Below, in pieces: positions 47,634 to 57,400 of a stretch of 64,000 bases of DNA. This DNA comes from Gemmatimonadota bacterium (lineage in GTDB: Bacteria; JAAXHH01). The DNA lies in assembly GCA_009841265.1 (NCBI GenBank), contig VXMB01000014.1:353490-417489 (forward strand), read 5' to 3'. The stretch's first letter is position 1; every line of letters starts with the position of its first letter. The translations under genes were made by a program, and so were the position numbers. The notes below the pieces were generated by a model that did no database searches, was not told where the DNA came from, and saw only the letters and a program-made list of their open reading frames with translations.

Positions 47634-48881
47634 TCAGTGCCACGAATCCAGGTACGCCTTCTGTTCCGGCGTCAACTCGTCCACGGCCAATCCCATGCTC
47701 GCGAGCTTCAGGCCGGCGATCTCGCGGTCGATTTCATCCGGCAGGGTGTGTACTCCGGGTGTCATTTCCTCGTGCCTGGCTGCCAGGTGCTCCGCCGCCA
47801 GGGCCTGGTTGGCGAAGGACAGGTCCATGACCGCGGCGGGATGTCCCTCGCCGGCAACCAGGTTGACCAGCCGGCCCTCGCCGAGGAGATACAGTCTCCG
47901 GCCGTTCGCCAGGACGTACTCCTCCACCCATGGGCGCAGGGACTGTCGCTCGACCGCGAGGGCGTCCAGGGCCTGCACGTCGATTTCCACGTCGAAATGT
48001 CCGGCGTTGGCCAGCATGGCGCCGTCTTTCATGGCTTCCAGGTGATCGCGGCGTATGACCCCGCGGTTTCCGGTCACGGTAATGAACAGGTCGCCCAGTG
48101 CGGCCGCCTCGGCCATGGGCAGTACCCGGAATCCTTCCATGGCGGCTTCCAGGGCCGCGACGGGGTCCACTTCCGTTACGATGACCTGACCGCCCAGGCC
48201 CCTGGCCCGGGATGCCACGCCCCGTCCGCACCAGCCGTAGCCGCAAACCACCACGGTTTTGCCCGCGATCAGCGCATTGGTTGCCCGGAGGATGCCGTCG
48301 AGCGCGCTTTGCCCCGTGCCGAACCGGTTGTCGAATTGGTGCTTGGTTTTTGAATCGTTGACCGCGATGACCGGAAAGGTCAGGTCGCCGTTCCGGACCA
48401 TGCTTCGGAGCCGGTTAACGCCCGTGGTCGTCTCTTCCGTTCCGCCGATGATCTTGTCCAGCTGTTGGCGGTGGTCCCGATGCGCCGTGGTAACCAGGTC
48501 GGCCCCGTCGTCCAGCAGGAGATCCGGCTGCGCATCCAGCACGGTGTGCAGGTGCCGGCTGAATGTGCCGGAGTCTTCCCCTCTTTTCGCAAATACGGGC
48601 ACCCCGTGATGCGCGACCAGGCTGGCAGCCACGTCGTCCTGCGTGCTCAAGGGATTGGACGCGCAGACGATGGGTTCCGCGCCGCCCGCTTTGATCGCCG
48701 TGACCAGGTTGGCCGTCTTGGTCGAAATGTGCAGGCACACGCCGACGCGCAGGTTACGAAGGGGCTGTTCCCGCACGAACCGGTCTTTTATCGCGCGCAA
48801 GACCGGCATCTGGCGGGCGTCCCACGCCATGCGCGCCGCGCCGGCCTCGGCGAGATCGGGATCACGGATGTCAGATTCCAT
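47634..48881 (-). CDS. ahcY: adenosylhomocysteinase (short/archaeal-type)
   Basis: CASNPLSTQDD, the GYGWCGRG NAD-binding motif and HFDVEID. Start at MESD… (48881) or MTVAMESD… (48893). The ORF-track TTG at 48920 lies inside a -35-like hexamer. Confidence 0.85.
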   Translation of the reverse strand: MESDIRDPDLAEAGAARMAWDARQMPVLRAIKDRFVREQPLRNLRVGVCLHISTKTANLVTAIKAGGAEPIVCASNPLSTQDDVAASLVAHHGVPVFAKRGEDSGTFSRHLHTVLDAQPDLLLDDGADLVTTAHRDHRQQLDKIIGGTEETTTGVNRLRSMVRNGDLTFPVIAVNDSKTKHQFDNRFGTGQSALDGILRATNALIAGKTVVVCGYGWCGRGVASRARGLGGQVIVTEVDPVAALEAAMEGFRVLPMAEAAALGDLFITVTGNRGVIRRDHLEAMKDGAMLANAGHFDVEIDVQALDALAVERQSLRPWVEEYVLANGRRLYLLGEGRLVNLVAGEGHPAAVMDLSFANQALAAEHLAARHEEMTPGVHTLPDEIDREIAGLKLASMGLAVDELTPEQKAYLDSWH

Positions 48882-49104
48882 GGCTACTGTCATTATGGCT
48901 TTCGGCGCATGGCACGTCAAGGTTATTACCGAAAGCGAATATTCGTATTGTTTTATTTACTTGATATAAAATAGACACCCTTCCGCGGTGCCCTCATATG
49001 CCCTTGACATCCGGGGTTTTCAACAACTAACATGGTGAGATTTCACTTCCGGGTAAGTGACTGATTTATAGCGTTTTACATGGACCGTTCTTCGTTTCCT
49101 CCGT

Positions 49105-50463
49105 TTGTTCGGACACTCCATGCTCGACCTCTCCAGAAAACGCCTCAACCGTACCATCCTTACCCTCGCATGGCCGGCCATTCTCGAGAACCTGATGCAC
49201 ACGACGGTGTACATCGTCGACAGCATCTTCATCGGTACCCTCGGAACGCTGGCTTTCGCCGCCGTCGGCCAGAGTTCCATGATCCTCTTTACCGTGGTAT
49301 TCGTGTTCTACGGGATCGGGGTGGCGACGGGCGCCGTCGTGGCGAGGAACCTGGGCCGGGGCAACCAGAAGACGGCCTGCGAGGCCGCCGGCCAGGGAAT
49401 CATACTCGGAACGTCCATCGGCCTTATGGTGGCCGCGCTGGGTCTGATGTTCGGCGAGGATCTCATGGTGTTTCTGGGTACGGAGCCGGACGTCGTCGAA
49501 CGTGCCCAGGAGTACATGCCGATCGTCTTCGCCTTCAGCGTGCTGCGTCTTTTCATCTATACCAGCAGCGGGATCCTGCGCGCGGCCGGCGACACCAAGA
49601 CGCCCATGTGGATCACCGGCGTCATGAACGTGTACAACATCTTCGCCGACTGGGTGCTGATCTTCGGCATCGGACCCTTCCCGGAACTGGGCATAACGGG
49701 CGCGGCCCTTGCCACGGGCACGGCTTACGTCCTGGGCGCCGTCCTGCTCCTGTACAGGCTGTTCCGCCGTCATGCGAGATTCAGGCTGTGCGGCAGCGAC
49801 ATCGGTATTATCAGATCCGAGCACCTGCGGACCATCATACGGATCGCCGTGCCGAATCTCGGAGAACAGTCCGTCATGCAATGCGCCTATTTCTCGTTCA
49901 TGTGGATCGTGACCAGCCTGGGCACGACAGCGCTCACGGCGCATTTCATGACCATACGGGTGGAGATGGTATCCTTCATGCCCGTATTCGGACTTTCCAT
50001 GGCCGTGGCCACCGTGGTCGGACAGAGCCTGGGCGCCGAGCGCCCCGAAATCGCCGAGCTCGCCGTGAAGAAGGCTGCTCGAATCGGCCTGATCGCCATG
50101 AGCGCGCTGGGTCTTATCTTCGTCGCCGTACCCGGTCTGCTCGTCGGCATCTACAGCCCGTCGCCGGAAGTGTATGACCTGGCCGTGCTCTGCGTGCGTA
50201 TCGCCGCCCTCGAACTGCCGACGTCGGCTTTGCTGATGATCTACACCGGCGCCATGCGGGGCGCGGGAGACACCGTTAGCCCCATGCTGATCAGCATATT
50301 CGGCGCGATCTTCCTGCGGATCGGCATGATGTACGTGCTGGTGATCGAACTGGGCTGGGGATTGCCGGGGGTATGGTACGGTACGGCGCTGGACTGGGGT
50401 ATCCGCCTGGTGATCGCCTGGTTCCTGTTCCGGCGGGGACGCTGGAAGAGGATAAAGATTTAG
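49105..50463 (+). CDS. MATE-family efflux transporter
   Basis: 452 aa with 12 TM helices. The N-terminus [27 protein letters not shown] is typical of MATE. Confidence 0.8.
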   Translation: MFGHSMLDLSRKRLNRTILTLAWPAILENLMHTTVYIVDSIFIGTLGTLAFAAVGQSSMILFTVVFVFYGIGVATGAVVARNLGRGNQKTACEAAGQGIILGTSIGLMVAALGLMFGEDLMVFLGTEPDVVERAQEYMPIVFAFSVLRLFIYTSSGILRAAGDTKTPMWITGVMNVYNIFADWVLIFGIGPFPELGITGAALATGTAYVLGAVLLLYRLFRRHARFRLCGSDIGIIRSEHLRTIIRIAVPNLGEQSVMQCAYFSFMWIVTSLGTTALTAHFMTIRVEMVSFMPVFGLSMAVATVVGQSLGAERPEIAELAVKKAARIGLIAMSALGLIFVAVPGLLVGIYSPSPEVYDLAVLCVRIAALELPTSALLMIYTGAMRGAGDTVSPMLISIFGAIFLRIGMMYVLVIELGWGLPGVWYGTALDWGIRLVIAWFLFRRGRWKRIKI

Positions 50464-50476
50464 GGGGTATGAATCG

Positions 50477-50920
50477 ATGCGGGTAGTATTGCAGCGCGTC
50501 TCCAGCGCTTCCGTCAAAATCGACGGCGCGGTAACCGGAGAAATCGGTCCCGGTCTCGTACTGCTCCTCGGTATTGCGAAGGACGATGCGCCAGAGGACG
50601 TGGAGTACGTCGTTAACAAATGCGCCGGACTCCGGATCTTCGGCGACGAACAGGGGAAGATGAATCGTTCTCTGCACGACGTGGGGGGCGAAGTGCTGGC
50701 CATTTCGCAGTTTACCCTGTTCGGAGATACCCGCAAGGGCCGCAGGCCCAGCTTCGAAAGCGCCGCGCCGCCCGAACAGGCCGAACCACTGTACGAGCTG
50801 GCGGTCGAACGCCTCAGGGAGCGCGGTATACGGGTCGCCACCGGCCGTTTCGGCGCCTACATGGAAGTGTCGCTGGTCAACGATGGGCCCGTGACCTTGA
50901 CCGTCGAGTCCCGCCGATGA
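50477..50920 (+). CDS. dtd: D-aminoacyl-tRNA deacylase
   Basis: [13 protein letters not shown]…SQFTL…NDGPVT motifs. Confidence 0.85.
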   Translation: MRVVLQRVSSASVKIDGAVTGEIGPGLVLLLGIAKDDAPEDVEYVVNKCAGLRIFGDEQGKMNRSLHDVGGEVLAISQFTLFGDTRKGRRPSFESAAPPEQAEPLYELAVERLRERGIRVATGRFGAYMEVSLVNDGPVTLTVESRR

Positions 50921-51501
50921 AGCAGATCGTCCTGGCCTCTTCCTCGCCCCGTCGGTCCAGCCTGCTCCGGCAGATCGGGATAACCTTCGAGATTGTGCTG
51001 CCGGACGTCGACGAATCCCGGTTTTCCTTTGAAGGCGATCCTTCCGGAACGGCAGAACGGCTCGCATTGGCCAAGGCGAAGAGCGCCGCCTGCCGGGTCG
51101 ACCCCCGCGGCCGCCTGGTACTTGGCGCGGACACGGTGGTCCTGTTCGAGGACGAGGTCATCGGCAAGCCGAAAGATGCGGAAGACGCGTTCGCCATGTT
51201 GCAAAAGCTGGCCGGCCGTTCTCACCGTGTGCTCACGGGGTTCGCGCTGCTGGATCCGCAGGCGGACCGGGCGGTGACGGGACACGAGTGGACGACCGTC
51301 TCCATGCGGGAGTTAACCGACGCTAAAATCCGCGCGTACGTGGATACGGGCGAGCCTCTGGACAAGGCGGGATCCTATGGCGCCCATGCGTTGGGCGCCG
51401 GACTCATCACCCGCGTGGAGGGCTGTTTCTACAACGTGATCGGCCTTCCCCTCGCCCGGCTGCTGACGACTCTGGAAAACTTCGATGACCAAGCGCCGTG
51501 A
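50917..51501 (+). CDS. maf: Maf-like nucleoside triphosphate pyrophosphatase
   Basis: [17 protein letters not shown]. Overlaps the dtd stop as ATGA. Confidence 0.8.
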   Translation: MKQIVLASSSPRRSSLLRQIGITFEIVLPDVDESRFSFEGDPSGTAERLALAKAKSAACRVDPRGRLVLGADTVVLFEDEVIGKPKDAEDAFAMLQKLAGRSHRVLTGFALLDPQADRAVTGHEWTTVSMRELTDAKIRAYVDTGEPLDKAGSYGAHALGAGLITRVEGCFYNVIGLPLARLLTTLENFDDQAP

Positions 51502-51584
51502 CCAGGGTCGCATCGGCGCGACCAATGTCGCAACGGTGTGATTAAGGACGGCACGGCAGGCCCAGGGGCCGACCGGGTAACGCC

Positions 51585-52103
51585 ATGGCCGATTTCAGAG
51601 GACACGTCTGGGGCGGTTTCTTCGCCACGCTCATCTCCATGTCGCTCTGTGCCGCCGGACTTTGGTGGACGGAACTGCTCGATCCTTATTGGACCCTGGA
51701 CGTCTGGCCCAGGGTGCTTCTGCTGCTCTCCATCGGGCTGTTGTCGGCCTGTTTTCCGGACGTGGACACCGAGAGTAAATCGCAGCGGCTGTTCTACCGC
51801 CTGTTGATTCTGCTGGACATCTGGTTTATCTTGATCGGGGATTACAGGACGGCGGCCCTTCTGGGACTCGGCGCCATGCTGCCGCTGCTCGGCAAGCACA
51901 GGGGATGGACCCATACCTGGCTGGCCATGCTGCTGGTGCCGGCGTTGTTCCTGCTCGTCCCCATGTACCTGAAAGGGTCCGTTGAGTCCTTTCCAATCGT
52001 CTGCTACATCGTATCGGTCTCGGCCTATGCCAGCCACCTGGTGCTCGACGGATATATAGAACAGACGGGCCGGCGTATCCGACGCCTGGTCGCGGGAAAC
52101 TGA
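51585..52103 (+). CDS. membrane-bound metal-dependent hydrolase-like protein (DUF457-like)
   Basis: 172 aa with 4-5 TM helices and His/Asp-rich loops. Weak assignment. Confidence 0.4.
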   Translation: MADFRGHVWGGFFATLISMSLCAAGLWWTELLDPYWTLDVWPRVLLLLSIGLLSACFPDVDTESKSQRLFYRLLILLDIWFILIGDYRTAALLGLGAMLPLLGKHRGWTHTWLAMLLVPALFLLVPMYLKGSVESFPIVCYIVSVSAYASHLVLDGYIEQTGRRIRRLVAGN

Positions 52104-52155
52104 GCGGCGTCCGCCATCAATACCGAGCGGCGTCCGCCATCGATCCGGAGATACC

Positions 52156-52449
52156 ATGAAAAGCGCACTGGAAATCGCCATGGAGAAGACCGCCGGCGCA
52201 CAGCAGGGCGGCAAGCTGACGGACGAGCAGCGTAAGGGGATCGCCGACCTGGAAAAGGAATACCAGGCCAAGATCGCGGAACAGGAGATCATGATCGAAT
52301 CGAAAATCAAGGCGTTGGCGGCCCAGGCCCAGGGCCACGAGTTCCAGCAGCAGGTACACGCCCTGCGGGAACAACTCGTCCAGGAGCGGGAACGCCTGGA
52401 AGCGGAGAAGAATGCGAAAATACAGGCGGTCCGCGATCGGAGATCTTGA
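52156..52449 (+). CDS. small coiled-coil protein of unknown function
   Basis: 97 aa, highly charged with a heptad pattern. GGAG RBS 5 nt upstream. Confidence 0.4.
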   Translation: MKSALEIAMEKTAGAQQGGKLTDEQRKGIADLEKEYQAKIAEQEIMIESKIKALAAQAQGHEFQQQVHALREQLVQERERLEAEKNAKIQAVRDRRS

Positions 52450-52450
52450 C

Positions 52451-53434
52451 ATGGCAAAGAAGCGTCTGCGCGTCGCCCTGATCGGCTGCGGAGGCAACAT
52501 GCGGGGCGCCCACGTGCCGCGCATCCAGACCGACGGCGCGGTCGAAATCGCGGCGGTTGCGGATACCTCGGAAGAAGCCGCCCGGGCGTTGATGGACCGA
52601 TGGGGCAGCCCGGTGCCCTGCTACGCCGACTACCGGGACATGATAGAGGGTCACCGGCTCGACGCGGTCATGGTGAGTTCACCCCATGCCCTGCACTACG
52701 AGCAGGTGGACTATGCCCTGGATCAAGGTCTGCATACGCTCGTCGAGAAGCCGCTCACCATTTCGTCCAGCCATACGTGCGCCTTGATCGGAAAGGCGGA
52801 AGAAAAGCGCCGGATTCTGTTGGTGAGCTACCAGCGCAATTTCATGGCGCCCCATGTCTATGCCCGGGAGCTGATTCGGAAGGGCGCTATCGGCGAGCTG
52901 CGCGGCGTCGTGGCCTACGTCACGCAGAACTGGGGCGGCACGCGCGGGTGGCGGCTCGACCCGGTCCTGTCGGGCGGCGGCATGTTTCTCGATACGGGCA
53001 GTCACCTGGTGGCTTCCACGCTGTGGATTACGGATCTCAAGCCCCTCGAGGTGAGCGCATTCCTGGACAAGGCCGGGAGGGACGTGGATATCAACATGGT
53101 GGTGGCGGTGCGGTTCAGGGACGGCGCGTACGGTACGCTGAACACCTTCGGAAACGCTTCCCGCCATGACGAACGCATCGCGATACACGGCAGCGAAGGA
53201 AGCCTCGTCTTTCACCTGCACCAGTGGCAGGTCAAGTCGGTCCTTCTGAATGACGAGCCGCTGAAGATCCCGGCGAGGATCCGGGAGGACACGCCGGACG
53301 CCGCGTTCTTCCGCATGATCCGCAACGGCGGGAAGGAGTATGAGCCTCCCCATTTCGCCCTGGCCGTTTCCCAGGTCAGCGAGGCGGCCTACCGGTCAGT
53401 GGATGCAGGGAAACCGGTTCAGGTCGCCGGGTAG
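52451..53434 (+). CDS. Gfo/Idh/MocA-family oxidoreductase
   Basis: Starts MAKKRLRVALIGCGGNMRGAH. EKP motif. Confidence 0.75.
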   Translation: MAKKRLRVALIGCGGNMRGAHVPRIQTDGAVEIAAVADTSEEAARALMDRWGSPVPCYADYRDMIEGHRLDAVMVSSPHALHYEQVDYALDQGLHTLVEKPLTISSSHTCALIGKAEEKRRILLVSYQRNFMAPHVYARELIRKGAIGELRGVVAYVTQNWGGTRGWRLDPVLSGGGMFLDTGSHLVASTLWITDLKPLEVSAFLDKAGRDVDINMVVAVRFRDGAYGTLNTFGNASRHDERIAIHGSEGSLVFHLHQWQVKSVLLNDEPLKIPARIREDTPDAAFFRMIRNGGKEYEPPHFALAVSQVSEAAYRSVDAGKPVQVAG

Positions 53435-53509
53435 TTCCGGGCGCGGCCGGCACCAGGAGACTCAAGGGATCAGGAGATCAGGAGCATCAGGAGCACCGGG
53501 AGACTGTAC

Positions 53510-54301
53510 ATGAGTGCGACAGGACGTCTGGCGGAAAAGCGGGCGGTCGTCACCGGAGCGGGGAGCGGTATCGGCCGCGCCATCGCGCTGAGACTCGCGC
53601 AGGAAGGCGCGCACGTGGCGGCCGTGGACATCGATCGCGACAGCGCGGAAGCTACGGCGGACCGGATCCGTGACGGCGGCGGCACCGCGGCGGCTTTGAC
53701 CGTCGACCTGGTCCAGGTCGACCGCATCGTACCCATGATCGACGAAGCCGTTTCCGCCCTGGGCAGGCTGGATATCCTGGTCAACAACGCGGGACGGGTT
53801 GAAATCAAGCCCTTCCTCGATCTGACCGAGATGGAATGGGACCAGGTCATCGATCTCAATCTTAAAGGGACGTACTTCTGCATGCAGGCGGGGGCCCGCC
53901 AGATGATCCGGCAGGGCGGCGGCGGCCGTATCATCAACATGTCCTCCATCTCGGGCAGACACGGCCGGGCCGATTCGAGCGCATACGCCGCCAGCAAGAT
54001 GGCCGTCATCAGCATCACGCAGTCCGCGGCCCTGGCGCTGGCGGATCACGGGATCCTGGTCAACGCGCTGTGTCCGGGCGTCGTGGCCACACCTATGTGG
54101 GACCACATCGACGAGGACCGCGCCCGCCTGTTCGGATACGAGCCGGGTACGGCCCGGGCCCGGCTTGTGGAGAAGATCCCCCTCAAACGGGTCTCCGAGC
54201 CGGAGGAGATCGCCGCCGCGGCGGTCTTCGTCGCCTCCGACGAGAACACGCTGATCACCGGCCAGGCGATCAATGTCGACGGCGGGATGGAAATGAACTG
54301 A
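53510..54301 (+). CDS. SDR-family oxidoreductase (glucose/3-oxoacyl reductase-like)
   Basis: TGAGSGIG and YAASK motifs. Confidence 0.8.
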   Translation: MSATGRLAEKRAVVTGAGSGIGRAIALRLAQEGAHVAAVDIDRDSAEATADRIRDGGGTAAALTVDLVQVDRIVPMIDEAVSALGRLDILVNNAGRVEIKPFLDLTEMEWDQVIDLNLKGTYFCMQAGARQMIRQGGGGRIINMSSISGRHGRADSSAYAASKMAVISITQSAALALADHGILVNALCPGVVATPMWDHIDEDRARLFGYEPGTARARLVEKIPLKRVSEPEEIAAAAVFVASDENTLITGQAINVDGGMEMN

Positions 54302-54367
54302 AACCGGGGACGGCGCTTGCAGGACTGCGCCCGCCGGTCGGCAGCGAAGCAGCCGTTCGGGTTTGAT

Positions 54368-54396
54368 CTTGACAGTGCGCAACGCCCGCCGTATAC
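54368..54396 (+). promoter_or_regulatory. candidate sigma70 promoter upstream of kptA
   Basis: TTGACA, 17-nt spacer, TATACT. Confidence 0.4.
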
Positions 54397-54531
54397 TCGG
54401 TAGGTTCCTTTTCACAGCAAGTTCTGGTACATTGCATCGGCCGGCATGGCCTGCACAGTCTGCATAGCCTGCACAGCCATCGTGGCCGCCATATTCCGCT
54501 CAGGCAAGACTCCATCAGAAAGACTCCATCA

Positions 54532-55134
54532 ATGGATCCACGAAGACGCGAAAGACTCTCCAAGCTCCTCTCCCTGATTCTCCGTCATAAACCCGAAAGA
54601 TTCGACATAACGCTCGACGAAAGGGGTTACGCGTCAATCGACGAGATCGTCGAGGCCATCCAGGAGAAGTTCGATCTGCTGGCGAGGGATGAAATCCTCG
54701 AGATCGCCGACGGCGCTGAGAAGAGAAGATTCGAGGTGGAGGAAGACCGCATCCGGGCGCGTTACGGACATAGTTTTCCCATCGACCTGGGGCTGCCTCC
54801 CGCGGATCCGCCCGAGTACCTCTATTACGCGACCGTACCCGCGCGGGCCTCGGTCATCACCAATGGCGGACTGACGCCCAGCGACCGCCAGTACGTCCAC
54901 CTTTCCCTTTCCGAAGATATCGCCGCACAGGTAGCCAGGAACCAGACGGATACGCCGGTCGTCTTCCGCATCAGTGCGCGGCAGGCCACCGAAGCCGGCG
55001 TGAACTTCTACGATCGCTCTCCGGTCATCCTGACCACGGGCGTGCCCTCCGAGTTCATCGATGTGCTGCAGGAGGCCCCGCCACCTCCCGCCGAGTTCGG
55101 CCGCCGGAAGCGGAAGGCCCCTCCGCGCAGATAA
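54532..55134 (+). CDS. kptA: RNA 2'-phosphotransferase (Tpt1/KptA)
   Basis: LSKLLSLILRHKPE…RYGHS. Typical Tpt1 N-terminus and H-x-H. Confidence 0.8.
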   Translation: MDPRRRERLSKLLSLILRHKPERFDITLDERGYASIDEIVEAIQEKFDLLARDEILEIADGAEKRRFEVEEDRIRARYGHSFPIDLGLPPADPPEYLYYATVPARASVITNGGLTPSDRQYVHLSLSEDIAAQVARNQTDTPVVFRISARQATEAGVNFYDRSPVILTTGVPSEFIDVLQEAPPPPAEFGRRKRKAPPRR

Positions 55135-55135
55135 C

Positions 55136-56251
55136 ATGCGCCGCCTCGTCCTCCCTTTCCTCGGCCTGTTGCTTGCCGTCTGCCTGCTGTTGTTCGACCT
55201 GACCATTCTGTGGTCGGGGCGCACCGCCATACGCCCCGTGATGCAAAAGGGCGTCGCCCTGGGGGTGTTCAAGGCCTCGGAGGGGATGTCCTACTACCGG
55301 TCCTCCCTGGAAGACATCGCGGCCCTGGGCGCTTCCCACCTTTCCGTCCCCGTATTCATCCTGCAGGATTCCGTGGATTCCGTCACCCATTTCACACGCC
55401 CGTCGGACGGCGCCACGGGGGAACAGCACGAACGCGTGATCCGGGAGGTCATCGACTACGCTCACCGGATGGGGTTGAAGGTCATGCTGACGCCCATCGT
55501 CAACCTGGACCGCCCCGGCGAGAGGGAATGGCGCGGTACCATATCCCCGGGCGATTGGGAGGCGTGGTTTGAAAGTTACCGCGGAATGGTCCGCCATTAC
55601 GCCCGGCTGGCCGCGGAAATGGACGTGGAGTATCTGAGCGTGGGTACCGAGCTCGTATCGGCCGAAAGGTTCACCGGGCAATGGAGGGAGACCATCTCCG
55701 AGGTGCGTGGGATCTTCCCGGGGCAACTCACCTATTCCGCGAACTGGGACCGGTACGACCGGGTCGCGTTCTGGGACGATCTCGACTTCGCGGGGATATC
55801 GGCTTACTACGAACTATCGGAATCCGAGGATCCCACCGTGGAACAACTGGTCTCCGCCTGGCGTCCGGTCAAGGCGGACCTGCTGCGCTGGCAGGCCCGG
55901 TGGAACAAACCCCTTTTGTTCACCGAAGTCGGATACATGAGCCAGTCCGGTGTCGCCGCCCATCCCTGGAATTACGTGTCGGAGAAGCCCCTCGATCTGG
56001 AGGCGCAGCGGCGTTGTTACGAGGCCCTGCGGCTGGCCTGGGAAGGGGAAGAGCGGTTTGCCGGCCTGTACCTTTGGATCTGGGAACCGGACAAGCGGGG
56101 TGGGCAAGACCGGGGATACAATTTCGCGGGCAAGCCCGCGGAAGAGGTCGTTCGCGACTGGTACCACAGCGTGCCGGACAACGCCAACGTCCTCGACTAC
56201 GCCGTCAATGGCATGGAGCGGTTTCTGCGGACCCTGCGGCAAGGGTTGTGA
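55136..56251 (+). CDS. secreted glycoside-hydrolase-like TIM-barrel protein (GH113/GH26-like mannanase fold?)
   Basis: Signal/TM MRRLVLPFLGLLLAVCLLL. Conserved acid residues in VGTELVS and FTEVGY contexts. Family uncertain. Confidence 0.5.
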   Translation: MRRLVLPFLGLLLAVCLLLFDLTILWSGRTAIRPVMQKGVALGVFKASEGMSYYRSSLEDIAALGASHLSVPVFILQDSVDSVTHFTRPSDGATGEQHERVIREVIDYAHRMGLKVMLTPIVNLDRPGEREWRGTISPGDWEAWFESYRGMVRHYARLAAEMDVEYLSVGTELVSAERFTGQWRETISEVRGIFPGQLTYSANWDRYDRVAFWDDLDFAGISAYYELSESEDPTVEQLVSAWRPVKADLLRWQARWNKPLLFTEVGYMSQSGVAAHPWNYVSEKPLDLEAQRRCYEALRLAWEGEERFAGLYLWIWEPDKRGGQDRGYNFAGKPAEEVVRDWYHSVPDNANVLDYAVNGMERFLRTLRQGL

Positions 56252-56316
56252 GGAAACCGGCGCGCCGACCTGGCGTGCCGTACTGTTCTGGAGTGCCGGC
56301 CTGGCCGGGCTGGCCG

Positions 56317-57324
56317 CTAAGGCACGGCGGAAGGATCGGCGGTCCTGCGCAGGTTCTTCAGGTTGTCGCGCTTTCCCATGACGATCAGGATGTCTCCGGA
56401 CGCCAGCGTCCGGTCGCTTCCCGGGTTGAACAGGACGTTGCCACCGGACCCCTGGACGGCGATGACGATGACGTCATGGTTCGATCCGATGGCTCCTTCC
56501 CCAACGGATGATCCCGCGAGCCCCGATCCAGACCCGATCTCGATCTGGTCGAGTTCCAGGTCGAGCTTGTCCGCCATGGATGCCAGCTCCATGAAGTCGG
56601 CCACGGCTGGCTTGAGCAGCATCTGCGCCATCTGCCGGGAACCCGTGATGACCGGCGAGACCACCTTGTCCGCACCGGCGCGGGTCAGCCTGGGAATGAC
56701 GGACTCCTCGTTGGCCCGGGCCACGATGTGGATGTCCGGGTTCAGATCCCGCGCCGTCAGGGTGATGTACAGGTTCTCCGGGTCGGAAGACACGGCGCAC
56801 ACGATGCCCCTTGCCCGCTCGATCCCCGCAGACTTCAACACTTCCTCCTTCGTGGCGTCGCCCTTCAGCACGCGGTAATCGTCCGATTCAAAGGGTTCTG
56901 CCCGGTCTTCGGTCTCGATGAGCACGCAGTCCAGGCCGCGGGCGGTTATTTCCTGCCCGATTCTCCTGCCGACGCGGCCCGCGCCACAGACGATGTAGTG
57001 GTCATTCAGTTCCTGGATTTCGTTCATGAGGCGTCTCTTCCCCAGTGAGGAGACGATTTCGAGCGATACGACCGACTGTACGGCGACGGACAGCGCGTAG
57101 CCCAGCGTCCCGACGCCCACGACGATCAGCAGCGTGCCAAAGTAGCGGCCGTTTTCGGTGAGGCCGGCCGGTTCGGTATATCCGATGGTCGTGATGGTGA
57201 TCAGGGTGAAGTAGAAGCTTTCGAACCAGGTCCATTCCGTCAGCAACTTGTATCCCAGGGTTCCGAATCCAAGGATGACCACGATGGCGACGGAGGCCCC
57301 TATGAGTTTGTTCTTGGGATTCAT
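56317..57324 (-). CDS. two-TM K+-channel-like pore fused to TrkA-N/TrkA-C (RCK) domains
   Basis: Pore helix/filter LITITTIGYTEP. GAGRVG Rossmann fold. C-terminal TrkA-C. Confidence 0.75.
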   Translation of the reverse strand: MNPKNKLIGASVAIVVILGFGTLGYKLLTEWTWFESFYFTLITITTIGYTEPAGLTENGRYFGTLLIVVGVGTLGYALSVAVQSVVSLEIVSSLGKRRLMNEIQELNDHYIVCGAGRVGRRIGQEITARGLDCVLIETEDRAEPFESDDYRVLKGDATKEEVLKSAGIERARGIVCAVSSDPENLYITLTARDLNPDIHIVARANEESVIPRLTRAGADKVVSPVITGSRQMAQMLLKPAVADFMELASMADKLDLELDQIEIGSGSGLAGSSVGEGAIGSNHDVIVIAVQGSGGNVLFNPGSDRTLASGDILIVMGKRDNLKNLRRTADPSAVP

Positions 57325-57400
57325 TTATCCGGATCGCCTGGGCCGCCAAGGCCGCGTGGTCCGCCAAGGCCGCGTGGTCCGCCCGGACCGCCTGGAGCGT

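Noticed and set aside
48894-49104. SAH riboswitch upstream of ahcY
   Set aside because: ahcY is a common SAH-riboswitch target. But the candidate promoter lies within about 40 nt of the start, leaving no room for the aptamer, and I could not recognise the conserved SAH-element stems.
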